From a virus (lineage: Duplodnaviria; Caudoviricetes), in the IMG/VR virus record IMGVR_UViG_2851188095_000001, positions 2,846 to 66,845 of that record: a DNA stretch of 64,000 nucleotides. One strand, 5' to 3'. The notes under the pieces were generated by a model. The model was not told the origin of the DNA. It saw only the letters and a list, made by a program, of their open reading frames with translations, and made no database searches. The position numbers and the translations under genes were made by a program. Of this stretch, positions 47,694-56,526 are shown one piece after another (position 1 is the first letter of the stretch; each line of letters opens with the position of its first letter).

Positions 47694-48347
47694 TTAAACG
47701 GCAAGGTATTCGCGAATGTCACCAAAGCGATTGGCGTCGTAATGGCGAGAAAGGCGAGTCAATTTCCGTTTAACTGTTTCGTGGTGCATCCCCAGCGCTT
47801 TGGCGAGCGTTGACAGGTTTTTGTACTGCGCGAACATCTCAATTATGGTGGTTGTTGCCTCATCGCTAGTAGTCTTGGAGGACTCGATGAGGTAGGAGAC
47901 AAGGGAAACCTTGTCTTTTTCTTTTTTATCGAACATTTCTCGAAACACCGTTTCTTCGGTTGGCGACGAATATGCGGTATCGAATTCTTCGGCGATTTCG
48001 AATGTTGGCGCATCCGAATCGTCGTTTGCGTTAAGGCTTACGCTTTCGTGTCGCTGGCGGTACTTGTTACGCTCTAGTAAATCGATGCAGGCTCGTTTGA
48101 TCGAACGGTTCATCATGTGCGAAAAGTTAGCGGAACCATTGTATGACTTCGCACACTTCCATAGGACTTCGCCATACATCGTTTCTATCGTGGTGACATC
48201 GCTAAGTGTGCGTTTGGCGTCCGCATACTTTCGTCGATCCCATTCAGGCCGAAATGTGTTGTATAACTCGTTGAATGCCGCCTCATCGCGGTGGTCTCGA
48301 TATTGGATCGCGAGGCTATTGAGTTTTTGTTCTTGTTCCATTCTCAT
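47694..48347 (-). CDS. Phage RNA polymerase sigma factor-like protein
   Basis: DEAAFNELY, LWKCAKSY, FSH....IKRACIDLL (region 2); C-terminal HTH. Confidence 0.75.
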   Translation of the reverse strand: MRMEQEQKLNSLAIQYRDHRDEAAFNELYNTFRPEWDRRKYADAKRTLSDVTTIETMYGEVLWKCAKSYNGSANFSHMMNRSIKRACIDLLERNKYRQRHESVSLNANDDSDAPTFEIAEEFDTAYSSPTEETVFREMFDKKEKDKVSLVSYLIESSKTTSDEATTTIIEMFAQYKNLSTLAKALGMHHETVKRKLTRLSRHYDANRFGDIREYLAV

Positions 48348-48369
48348 CTTCCTTTCGTTTTTACCTTAC

Positions 48370-48402
48370 ACTTAGATAGACGGGTGACTTTTTCTTTTGC
48401 AC
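48370..48402 (-). promoter_or_regulatory. Phage promoter/operator motif copy 2 (upstream of sigma gene)
   Basis: GTGC-N14-CCCGTCTATCTAAGT. Confidence 0.75.
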
Positions 48403-48475
48403 ACTTTTTCCCAAAAAACTTTTTAGGATTTTTGTATAATGGAAGCTATAACCTGAAAACAAAGGAGATTTACAA

Positions 48476-48682
48476 ATGTTTACATATGAGCCACTGTTCA
48501 GAACCTTGGATCGGAAAAATATGGGTCTAATTGAGGTTGAGAAGGGGTGTAATCTCTCTAGCAAAACCACCTCCAAGTTTCGTAAGAATGGAGTAATGAA
48601 TATTGATACACTTGCACGAGTTGGTATCTTTCTTGATGTCCCAATAGAAGAAATTGTTGCAATTAAGCGTGACAAGAAGTAG
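48476..48682 (+). CDS. Small XRE HTH repressor (candidate cI, no peptidase domain)
   Basis: YEPL..L...TLARV..FLDVPIEEIV; divergent from sigma gene; AAGGAG RBS. Confidence 0.82.
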   Translation: MFTYEPLFRTLDRKNMGLIEVEKGCNLSSKTTSKFRKNGVMNIDTLARVGIFLDVPIEEIVAIKRDKK

Positions 48683-48698
48683 AGCAACCCTTGTTCTA

Positions 48699-48746
48699 AT
48701 CTTACCATCGTATATCAATGATGCTCATTGTAATAGTATTGATATA
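48699..48746 (-). promoter_or_regulatory. Candidate receptor operator (TATATCAAT-N18-ATTGATATA) plus extended -10 TGgTAAGAT firing antisense to repressor
   Basis: Inverted repeat 48711-48719/48738-48746; -10 at 48699-48704. Confidence 0.6.
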
Positions 48747-48786
48747 ACCCTTGATATTATCGACATATTACGACATTTTTGGGGTA

Positions 48787-48820
48787 TAAAAAAGGCACAA
48801 GCTATTTCTAACTTGTGCCC
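48787..48820 (-). terminator. Terminator after propeptide gene
   Basis: GGGCACAAG...CTTGTGCC followed by T-run. Confidence 0.85.
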
Positions 48821-48828
48821 TAATAAAC

Positions 48829-48948
48829 TTACCAACCTGGTCCGCCATCGTTTAACTGACTTACTGGTTCTGTTGTCACACTCTCTGCACTTACTACTCC
48901 AGCGAACGAGAATACGAGCGATAGTATCAACATGATTTTAAATGTCAT
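48829..48948 (-). CDS. AimP-like propeptide MTFKIMLILSLVFSFAGVVSA-ESVTTEPVSQLN-DGGPGW (39 aa)
   Basis: GAGGAGG RBS, Sec signal, directly after HTH-TPR gene. Confidence 0.88.
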   Translation of the reverse strand: MTFKIMLILSLVFSFAGVVSAESVTTEPVSQLNDGGPGW

Positions 48949-48963
48949 GATTACCTCCTCAAC

Positions 48964-50256
48964 CTATGATGTTTTAGTAATAGCCAAATCAAGAAGGCTA
49001 TTGAATAGTCTATTCTGCTCATCTGTGCAAAAATCCTTGTGCAAATGAAAGTCCTTAACACAATTTAATATGTAGGCGGGAAGTCCTAAATCTGCGTATA
49101 TCTCCATGGCTTTTAAACTTAGATCAATTGCTTCTCGCTGTTGTTGTTTCTTTGCAAACAAGACTCTTGAGTACATTAACTGAAATCTAGCAAATAACCT
49201 TTTTTTGAAGGGGTTGTCCCCTACATTCCTCTCGAATTTCTGCATTTCTAAATGGTATTTCTCGATCAAATTGTCAGCCTTTTCTATCATGCCGTGCCTG
49301 ATACATACGTCTAGAATGCAATGAATATATGGAGCGACTTCTGATTGATTTCTGTCTAGCCAGCATACGAATTCTTCAATTACTTCGACTTTTCCGCTTG
49401 CGATCATTGAGTTGAAACGATTGCCCTCGCCCCAGATTTTAAATTCGCTTCTTTCTTCACCTAACAGCGCTATAACTTCCTCTGCGATCTCTATGGCTTC
49501 TGAGTATTCTTTGAGGTAGTATTTTGCACGTAGTTTGTACAGTTGTGCATTGCCATACTGAACTTTGTCTTTCTGGCATATTGCCTGACTAGCCATTTCT
49601 TCTGATAGCTGAACTACCTTCTCCCACTTCTCTAAAACGAAGTAACAAGCAACAACTTTTCGATACGCCTCTAATTTATCAGTGGTTATGTTGGAAAGGT
49701 AGCTTGATAATTGAATCGCGGAGTCATATGCATGATCCATGTTCCAATTCCTTACAATACAGTACCGCTTGTACAGGGTATTTGCCAGTCTTTCAGACAG
49801 CTTGTCAGTCTCTAATTCGATTACAATGTCGTAGAAGCGTACTGCCGCACACTCCATGTTCTTACTGACAAGTTCGTCCGCGATCCCCAGAAATACTTCT
49901 GTATTTGACTGGCCTTCTTGGACCATCTCGTTAACTAAATCATCCGCTAAATGGGAACATTCAATCTCATTACATTTAATGATAAAGTCTCTGCACTTGC
50001 TACGCAGGCGGTTTCCTACCACATCTTTACATTCTGATATATAAAAGGGATAGAAATGTCCAGACGGTAGGTCTAGCACTGATGTCAATTCGTCTAGTGT
50101 ATTTAAGGTAAAATGACGTGTTCCTTTTAATGACGCAGAGAGGTTGCCCTGCTTCACACGCCCATTGGTTTTGGTTTCTACATCTTTTTGAGTTATATTT
50201 CTCTTTTTCATCTCTTCAAAGACAATGTTTTTTAAAGTGTTAGGCATTACTGGCAC
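48964..50256 (-). CDS. AimR-like RRNPP receptor (HTH + TPR)
   Basis: N-terminal XRE HTH, helical TPR-like repeats, about 430 aa, AT-rich, adjacent propeptide. Confidence 0.82.
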   Translation of the reverse strand: MPVMPNTLKNIVFEEMKKRNITQKDVETKTNGRVKQGNLSASLKGTRHFTLNTLDELTSVLDLPSGHFYPFYISECKDVVGNRLRSKCRDFIIKCNEIECSHLADDLVNEMVQEGQSNTEVFLGIADELVSKNMECAAVRFYDIVIELETDKLSERLANTLYKRYCIVRNWNMDHAYDSAIQLSSYLSNITTDKLEAYRKVVACYFVLEKWEKVVQLSEEMASQAICQKDKVQYGNAQLYKLRAKYYLKEYSEAIEIAEEVIALLGEERSEFKIWGEGNRFNSMIASGKVEVIEEFVCWLDRNQSEVAPYIHCILDVCIRHGMIEKADNLIEKYHLEMQKFERNVGDNPFKKRLFARFQLMYSRVLFAKKQQQREAIDLSLKAMEIYADLGLPAYILNCVKDFHLHKDFCTDEQNRLFNSLLDLAITKTS

Positions 50257-50291
50257 CCCCGCGGCATCAACCTTTACTTTCGTACAGGTTC

Positions 50292-50320
50292 ATTATATTG
50301 TATATCAAATCAATTGGCAA
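50292..50320 (-). promoter_or_regulatory. SigA promoter of receptor TTGCCA-17-TATAAT
   Basis: -10 at 50292-50297, -35 at 50315-50320; spacer holds a TATATCAA half-site. Confidence 0.75.
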
Positions 50321-50404
50321 TAGTTGTAATCTGAAATACCATGTCTTTCCACACGTAGTTTTTTAAAGTAAACTAGAATGACCACTTTATAGGAGGAGCG
50401 TTCG

Positions 50405-50641
50405 ATGCGAAATGTAATCGAGCGCTGCCTTCTCAAAGACTTACTTAAAAAACGGGACATCACTCAAGCAGAGTTTGCCCGAAGAATGGGCATACCACGC
50501 CAAACTGTTACCAAATGGCTAAAGCTTGAGGATATCATGAGAGCCGACTCGGCATATCGAGCTTCACTAGTTCTAAACTGCTCGATGGAAGATTTATACG
50601 AATGGATTAAGGAGTCCGAGGAGAAGGTGGCGGACAAGTAG
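50405..50641 (+). CDS. XRE HTH regulator
   Basis: ITQAEFARRMGIPRQTVTKW; LNCSMEDLYE. Confidence 0.88.
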   Translation: MRNVIERCLLKDLLKKRDITQAEFARRMGIPRQTVTKWLKLEDIMRADSAYRASLVLNCSMEDLYEWIKESEEKVADK

Positions 50642-50674
50642 GCGTTTTCAGTCTACTTGCCGCAGAATGTAACC

Positions 50675-51631
50675 TTATACGGTTACAATCGGATTAAAAC
50701 GTACCCGCCGCGCCCTCTCGATATAACGTTCGACCGCGCTCACATCCGCAACCTCATTCGGGTCCTTGTATCGTATCGGATACCCCGCGACCCTCACGCG
50801 CACATATGGCGCGAGCAACTCGATCACCTTCCGCTTGAACTTTTGTCCCGCCGCGTCATGGTCCGCCATGATCACGATTTCCTCTAACGGACTCCTTCGT
50901 ATAATCTCCGCCTTCTCTTCGTTAAACGCCGACCCTCCGCTCGCAACAGCGTACTCTCCCGTCATCATTATGTACATGGCGTCAATCTCCGCCTCTACGA
51001 TGACCGCTCGTCGCACCTTATCGCGATAAATCACGTTCATACCGTAAATCATTTCGCGGATCGGTCGTCCGCCCTTCACGTACCAGAACGTTTTCTCCGC
51101 TGCCCTCCGGAACTTTACGGTACCGAGCGTACCGTCCGGCAGAAACCACGGAATCGTTATCGCACGCGATCGGTTACAGTATCCAACGCCCATCATCCGC
51201 TGTACCTCCGGACTAATTCCGCGCGATTCCAAATACGGGTGGTGCCGATCATACTCGCGCAAGATATCCACGTTGAGCGCTCGCCTATTGCGCTCAAGGC
51301 GGAGTGTGTTCGAGAGGTCTAGCGTTAAGGCGTCCGTATCGACAGCGTAGTTGCCGCCGTACTTATACCGGAGGTATTCGAGCGTCTCTTCCGTTGTCTC
51401 TTGGCGTAGAAACGAAAGTAGACTTACGATGCCGCCGCGTGCGAATTGCGAATCCGTCGCGCCACTGTCGCCCCACGAACCGGCGTTTGCCGTTGGCGTG
51501 TCCGCGAGATAGACGTAGAATGACGGATGTGTGTCGTATCGGAACGGACTGGCTGCGGTTAACTTGTCCGCGCCCCAGTCAGCATTTCTCCACGGGAACT
51601 CGGATAACTCCGCTCGAATGTCGATTTTCAC
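50675..51631 (-). CDS. DNA primase (Toprim)
   Basis: SPFRYD..PSF, YLESRGI, IVEAEIDA, DHDAAG, KDPNE. Confidence 0.9.
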   Translation of the reverse strand: MKIDIRAELSEFPWRNADWGADKLTAASPFRYDTHPSFYVYLADTPTANAGSWGDSGATDSQFARGGIVSLLSFLRQETTEETLEYLRYKYGGNYAVDTDALTLDLSNTLRLERNRRALNVDILREYDRHHPYLESRGISPEVQRMMGVGYCNRSRAITIPWFLPDGTLGTVKFRRAAEKTFWYVKGGRPIREMIYGMNVIYRDKVRRAVIVEAEIDAMYIMMTGEYAVASGGSAFNEEKAEIIRRSPLEEIVIMADHDAAGQKFKRKVIELLAPYVRVRVAGYPIRYKDPNEVADVSAVERYIERARRVRFNPIVTV

Positions 51632-51650
51632 TTGTAAGCGCTCACCTCCT

Positions 51651-51684
51651 AAAATAATAGCCCACCTCGAATATGAGATGGACC
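51651..51684 (-). terminator. Riboswitch-controlled intrinsic terminator before primase RBS
   Basis: GGTCCATCTC-ATATTC-GAGGTGGGCT followed by ATTATTTT. Confidence 0.75.
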
Positions 51685-51701
51685 ATAACGTACCCTTCTC
51701 T

Positions 51702-51796
51702 CATCTTCGGTAGCTGGCTGGCATGTCCAAGAATCGGAGTTAGCCCCTATAGTTTTGCGTCGCCAGATTTCTCCGGGTTTGCTATTATCGGATAAG
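51702..51796 (-). ncRNA. GEMM-I (c-di-GMP-I family) riboswitch aptamer, A20 variant
   Basis: CG-ATAATA-GCAAACCCGGA-GAAA-TCTGGCGACGC-AAAACTATAGGGG-CTAA...ATG-CCAGCCAGCTACCG matches GEMM-I architecture. Confidence 0.87.
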
Positions 51797-51898
51797 TTTT
51801 AACTTTTAGTACATTATATTCCACCGCTGTTACTAATGTATAGTGAGTTTTTTCTTGACAAAGTATTTTAGACCTTAATGCTCATTGACGGTAGTTCG

Positions 51899-53242
51899 TT
51901 AGGGATTGAACCGTTGGGCTGCAACTGGTCCGGTCTCCATCTCTCGTACTATACCGTAGTTAGGTAGATATATTACCTCAACCGTAGTCCCTTCGCCACC
52001 GTTCCGCCCCTTCCCGATCTCGATTACGCCGAGCCCGTCGTTCGCGACCGTATCGATCCCGAGCACGTTCGTAGCGTCTTCGAGTACCGCTTTCGTCTTC
52101 TTGATCTCTACGCGTTGGGGTGGACGGAGTTCACGGTGTCCGTCGTCACCTTTCTCGTCCTTCACTTCGTCAGCCTGCGTGATTACGTGAAGGACTACAC
52201 CGTACTTTCCTGCCAGCCTCCGCAACTTCTTCGATGTCTCCGCCGCATCGCCGCCCGAGGTCTTACTCGTGTTAACCTCGTAGTCCATGTAGTAGAACGG
52301 ATCGATTACGACAACATCCGAATTTGTAACGAGTATGTCCGCCTCTAAATCGCGGACCCTGCGCGAGTCGAAGTCCTGGTCATCTACGGAGCGAATAACG
52401 ATGTTCCCCGTCATCTCTTCGGAAACTCGCGTTAGGAACGCAATGAACGCCGCTTCGAAATCTTCCGCAAGCTGTCCGCGTAATAACGCCATGTTATCGA
52501 ATCCGGCCTGTTGCACTATTCCGTTTATCTCCGCATCGCAGACACCTAATCGTGCGGATATCGACGTATAGGCACGCGCCATCCATTCGTATCGCGACAT
52601 CTCCATTACCCACACGAGAACACTAGCTCCTTGGAACGCAGCCTCGATCGCTTCCTCCATCGTCATGACCGATTTTCCTCGCCCAGGTCGCGCATACCAC
52701 GTATACATGTTTCCAGAGAGATAACCGCCAATCTCGCGATTAATGGTCGGAAATTTACTCCGCCATATCTTGAACGAGCGTCCCTCCTTACGCTTATGAT
52801 ACTCGTCCAGAAACGCGGCAGTATCCCGTTTAATGTCCGTGCCTACCTTCGTCCGGACCGTTGTCCCCGCCGCAATCCCATCGAGCTTGCCGCGCACCCA
52901 CTCCGCAAACTCCTCCGGTTTCATCGCGGAGAAATTCGCGCCGAACTCCGGACTCGTAAAGAACGCGTGTTGGCGGAACTTGGCGGAGCCCTCCTTCACC
53001 TTGCGCGCCAGGAATTCGAACGAGTCCGCCACCTCCGGCATGTACGTAAAGCCTGCGACCTCGGCCGCGACCGTACGATAATCCGGAACCCGTCCGTTCG
53101 CTTCCGCATACTCGCGGATAAACCGGAGCGCCCTCCGTTCGGCTTCCGTACCCATGTGCGATTCGTCGATGCTGTAGCGCGTGAGGGCGGCCGGGTCGTT
53201 TGCGTCGATTACCTTGCTTAATAGCGATTCTCCGTATGCCAT
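51899..53242 (-). CDS. dnaB: Replicative DNA helicase (DnaB family)
   Basis: ARPGRGKS, MEMS, VVIDP, ITQA, KGRNG. Confidence 0.9.
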   Translation of the reverse strand: MAYGESLLSKVIDANDPAALTRYSIDESHMGTEAERRALRFIREYAEANGRVPDYRTVAAEVAGFTYMPEVADSFEFLARKVKEGSAKFRQHAFFTSPEFGANFSAMKPEEFAEWVRGKLDGIAAGTTVRTKVGTDIKRDTAAFLDEYHKRKEGRSFKIWRSKFPTINREIGGYLSGNMYTWYARPGRGKSVMTMEEAIEAAFQGASVLVWVMEMSRYEWMARAYTSISARLGVCDAEINGIVQQAGFDNMALLRGQLAEDFEAAFIAFLTRVSEEMTGNIVIRSVDDQDFDSRRVRDLEADILVTNSDVVVIDPFYYMDYEVNTSKTSGGDAAETSKKLRRLAGKYGVVLHVITQADEVKDEKGDDGHRELRPPQRVEIKKTKAVLEDATNVLGIDTVANDGLGVIEIGKGRNGGEGTTVEVIYLPNYGIVREMETGPVAAQRFNP

Positions 53243-53264
53243 TCGTGATCACCCCCGTTGATAG

Positions 53265-53315
53265 GAACGTTTGTTCTTAACTCCGATTGTACAAGATGCT
53301 TGTATGTGTTTGCAA
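53265..53315 (-). promoter_or_regulatory. SigA promoter (TTGCAA-18-TACAAT) with LexA SOS box at 53265-53276
   Basis: GAACGTTTGTTC, identical to the yolD box. Confidence 0.8.
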
Positions 53316-53506
53316 CGGTACAAATTACTCATATCCTATAATCTGATCATAACATTCTTTTTCGCGTTCACTTTTAATAAACGACAATTGAGTCACTATT
53401 GAGTTCTCATAACTCACTGGTTAGACCAGTTATGAGAATAAAAGTAGAAAATAATGCACTAATCCAACCATAAAATAATGCTTGACAACCTTCCAGTTTA
53501 CTTTCA

Positions 53507-53629
53507 CTACATTTTCCTCAACACATTCCACGCGATGAAATGTCGGTCCCATATACGTTCGGCCTTCGCTTCTAGCCGCGCCGCCCTCCGTAATTGCCAT
53601 GCGTGATACCACGTTTGTACTCGTCTCAT
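53507..53629 (-). CDS. Small basic protein (40 aa, MRRVQTWYHAWQLRRAARLE...)
   Basis: GGAGG RBS; not in ORF track. Confidence 0.5.
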   Translation of the reverse strand: MRRVQTWYHAWQLRRAARLEAKAERIWDRHFIAWNVLRKM

Positions 53630-53678
53630 TCGCTGCGCCTCCATCATAACACGGGTTTATGCGCCTACTCCTGCACCC

Positions 53679-53726
53679 TGTCCGTTATGTCCCGATATGT
53701 CCGTTACTGACCCGACATGTCCGTTA
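53679..53726. repeat. TGTCCGTTA x3 at 19-20 bp period
   Basis: Copies at 53679, 53698, 53718 with CCCGA(T/C)A linkers. Confidence 0.8.
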
Positions 53727-53767
53727 AATACGCTTAATTTTCGCGAAAATAGCGCTTGACACGTTTT

Positions 53768-54532
53768 CTATTTCCGCATCCCTCGTTTACTCTCGCCCAC
53801 AAACGGAACCACCGCGCATTGATCCCGTACACGATCCGCCAGCCTCTTATCGAACACGACCGCGAGCTCATCGATTGTCACGTTCGATGTATAAACGGTC
53901 GGCATTCGGTTCGTTACGCGATGATTAATTACCGCATGCAGATCGCCACGGAACGCCTCGCTCGCGTCACGTACGCCGATATCGTCCATTACAACGAATG
54001 GCGCGTCCCTTGCGTATTCCATCGCGCGGTAGTACGCGGCTGACGCTGGCTCTGCGATATGGTCCGGAACGCGCGGTCGATTGAATGCGTTAAATTGCGT
54101 CTGCCATTCGTTCACGTCGAGGAAGTACGCCGGTCGGTTCAGCGGTCGCCTATTCCGTTGAATCGATCCGATATAGTGGCGGACGAGATACGTATTCGCG
54201 ATTGCGGCGGCGGTCGTTGTCTTTCCGGTGCCAGTCGCGAGTGAGTACAGGTACAGCGATTTGATGCGGTCGGCTTCTGGTTCGAATTGGCGTTCGAATG
54301 TTTCGCAATAGCGTTCCACAATCGCGTATGCCTTCGCTTGGTCTGCGCGAGCTACCGAGTTCGCGGCTGTTACTTGGCGATAATCGATCGGGATGCTCGC
54401 GGCGCTCACGCGTCCACCCGTTCCGCTGGCTCCGTGGAGAGCGATGAAGTGCGGGCAGAGGCGGGTGCATGCGGTCGGGTCCGAGGACGTGCGACAGGGT
54501 TCGCGTAGGATGCAGGATGGTGCGTTGGTCAT
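53768..54532 (-). CDS. DnaC/IstB-like helicase loader ATPase
   Basis: TGTGKT, VMDDIG, YTSN, RLADRV, GESKR. Confidence 0.9.
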   Translation of the reverse strand: MTNAPSCILREPCRTSSDPTACTRLCPHFIALHGASGTGGRVSAASIPIDYRQVTAANSVARADQAKAYAIVERYCETFERQFEPEADRIKSLYLYSLATGTGKTTTAAAIANTYLVRHYIGSIQRNRRPLNRPAYFLDVNEWQTQFNAFNRPRVPDHIAEPASAAYYRAMEYARDAPFVVMDDIGVRDASEAFRGDLHAVINHRVTNRMPTVYTSNVTIDELAVVFDKRLADRVRDQCAVVPFVGESKRGMRK

Positions 54533-54847
54533 GCGGTCACCTCCGCTTGGGTTCAGTATAAAGCCAGTTGTTAAGAATCCGCGTTTTAGAAATCCTAACA
54601 ACTTTATATTTTTTGAATTCTACTCCTTAACAAACGTAATGTTGTGTTAATCCACCGATTTGTTAGCCTCTACTATCGATTCGAAATGTCTACTGTAAAA
54701 GCTTTCGACTACTAAAGCCAGTGCCGAATCCCTTGTCTCTTCACTTTTGAATGCTTTAGAGATGTATACCCTGATTTCTTCTAATCTTATTTCAGCGAGC
54801 TTGAGGCTTATGTCGTCCATCACAGTCCCCCGTTTAATTCTGTTGTG

Positions 54848-55174
54848 TTAAGCGACCAATTCTATTGCTGCTGTACATATCGCTTCTTGCGGAGTGTCTC
54901 CAGAAGCTTCCCATTGCTTTGTATCTACAAATGTCGTGTCCACTAGCTTGAAGGTTGCCCGCCATCCGTCCTCCTCTGCCGAAAGATCAAAGAGTAAATA
55001 TTGAGATAGCAGTTTTTCCACCACTTGCCACGCATCTGCTATGTTTTGGAGTGGGTTCCAAAAAGAAGAGTCAAACAAATTTCCGTTATCGCCATACCAG
55101 AATTCTGTTTCCCCGTAACGTTTCCACTCCATCACCTTCGTGGCAAGAGTTAAAACAAGCTCCTTCTCTGTCAT
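54848..55174 (-). CDS. Phage ABA-sandwich/BC1872-like protein
   Basis: WNPLQNIADAWQVVEKL, EAICTAA. Confidence 0.75.
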   Translation of the reverse strand: MTEKELVLTLATKVMEWKRYGETEFWYGDNGNLFDSSFWNPLQNIADAWQVVEKLLSQYLLFDLSAEEDGWRATFKLVDTTFVDTKQWEASGDTPQEAICTAAIELVA

Positions 55175-55214
55175 GATTTCACCCCTGTTTTACAAATCGA
55201 TTGTTTTGTTAAGA

Positions 55215-55487
55215 TCACTCAAGCCCTACAACCACTTGTGGCGTATCACCATACTCTTTTTCTTTGTAGATTTCCATAAGCGTCTTGTACTCAGGCCATC
55301 CAATGCACGATACTTCAACGTTATGATCTGGTGATAACACTTCGATCTCGTCAAGGTCTTCAATGCAGCAGTCGTGCTCCCTCTGTACTTCCATCAGGTA
55401 GTACCCCACTGCCTCATATTTGTTGCTGGCGATTATCACTTTCTTATCGAGACCATCGCAAAAAGAAATCTTGAAGAATTCTCTCAT
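55215..55487 (-). CDS. Hypothetical protein
   Basis: GGAGG RBS; cassette array. Confidence 0.6.
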   Translation of the reverse strand: MREFFKISFCDGLDKKVIIASNKYEAVGYYLMEVQREHDCCIEDLDEIEVLSPDHNVEVSCIGWPEYKTLMEIYKEKEYGDTPQVVVGLE

Positions 55488-55526
55488 CGGACATCCTCCA
55501 TTTTTAAAATCGATTACTTTGTGCCA

Positions 55527-55646
55527 TCAGTGACGCCGCTTCTTGCATCGTTGGCATTCCCATCCATAGACCAATGTGTCGATGATCGAAAAGAGGTACT
55601 GATATCTCCACTTGTGACCGAACAGTCTGCAAATGATGTCTCGCAT
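55527..55646 (-). CDS. DUF1660-like small Zn-binding protein
   Basis: CRLFGHKW...CQRC. Confidence 0.65.
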   Translation of the reverse strand: MRDIICRLFGHKWRYQYLFSIIDTLVYGWECQRCKKRRH

Positions 55647-55677
55647 GCGCCGCCTCCTTTACAAATCGTGTGTTGTG

Positions 55678-56526
55678 TTAAATTGCCTGGCGTTCGGTCT
55701 CATCATCAACGTCACCGAAGCAACCGCATCCGCCCATGTCTTGCAAATCGATTTCGCAGGCAACGTCCTTCTCTGCCCTTTCAATGCCTTCAATCTGTTC
55801 CCGGTACTCCTTTAAACTCAAGTACCGGAGTTTTCCGTTTGTTGTCTGGCGAAGAAATGGATATCGCTTTCCCAAGACCGCGAACAGTTCTTCTTGCTTT
55901 TGCTCGTGGTACGCGTAGCGTTCTGGCATGGTCTTTAGCAGCTGATAAAACTGTCCGAGGCCTGCCTTGACACAAAATCCTCCGCAGTTGTTATGCTGAA
56001 ATCCTAGCTCGTACAGGCGCGGCCGTTTTACACCGAGCGATTCAACCCATTGGCACATCTGCTCTTTGTCCATATACGGCTCGTCGATCATTGGAAATTC
56101 CACTCGATACGGCTGCCAAAACGCGGCGTTCTTGACCGCTCTATGCGCCTCCGTCCAATCGATCCCGATGTATAGGGTTACTTCATCTGGTTTGAACCTA
56201 TCCTCAATCCACTTACGAGCAAGTTCGCGCTTGAGCACGCGACTGCATGGGTCTTTCCTGGTGTTTCCCATATACCGCGCATCCTCGAATGTCTGCCATA
56301 CGTGTTTTCCAGCAGATATCCATTCGAGTTTTCCGCCGATTAACGGGTGGCTTTCCTCCAGGAAGCGATAAAGGTCTTGGTCCTCTCCACGATGTGGATG
56401 ATTGTCGTTCCGCTTTTTTGTATCAGTAAAGAGTTGGATCAGATTTTCAGTGCCGTGCATTTCAGCTACCCGCATGCCAGTTGCCCAGCTACCGATACCA
56501 CCAGAGTTGAAGACTATATGTTTCAA
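55678..56526 (-). CDS. PP-loop/PAPS-reductase-like phage protein
   Basis: NSGGIGS, DPCSRVLK, IGIDWTE, HNNCGGFCVKAG, GGCGCF. Confidence 0.75.
   Translation of the reverse strand: MKHIVFNSGGIGSWATGMRVAEMHGTENLIQLFTDTKKRNDNHPHRGEDQDLYRFLEESHPLIGGKLEWISAGKHVWQTFEDARYMGNTRKDPCSRVLKRELARKWIEDRFKPDEVTLYIGIDWTEAHRAVKNAAFWQPYRVEFPMIDEPYMDKEQMCQWVESLGVKRPRLYELGFQHNNCGGFCVKAGLGQFYQLLKTMPERYAYHEQKQEELFAVLGKRYPFLRQTTNGKLRYLSLKEYREQIEGIERAEKDVACEIDLQDMGGCGCFGDVDDETERQAI

Noticed and set aside
51855-51881. Plus-strand TTGACA promoter near the riboswitch
   Set aside because: Spacing to the nearest -10-like hexamer is only 15 bp and there is no plus-strand gene
54648-54820. Small ORF MDDISLKLAEIRLEE... with early stop
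   Set aside because: May be a short gene or a frameshifted remnant; cannot be supported without homologues
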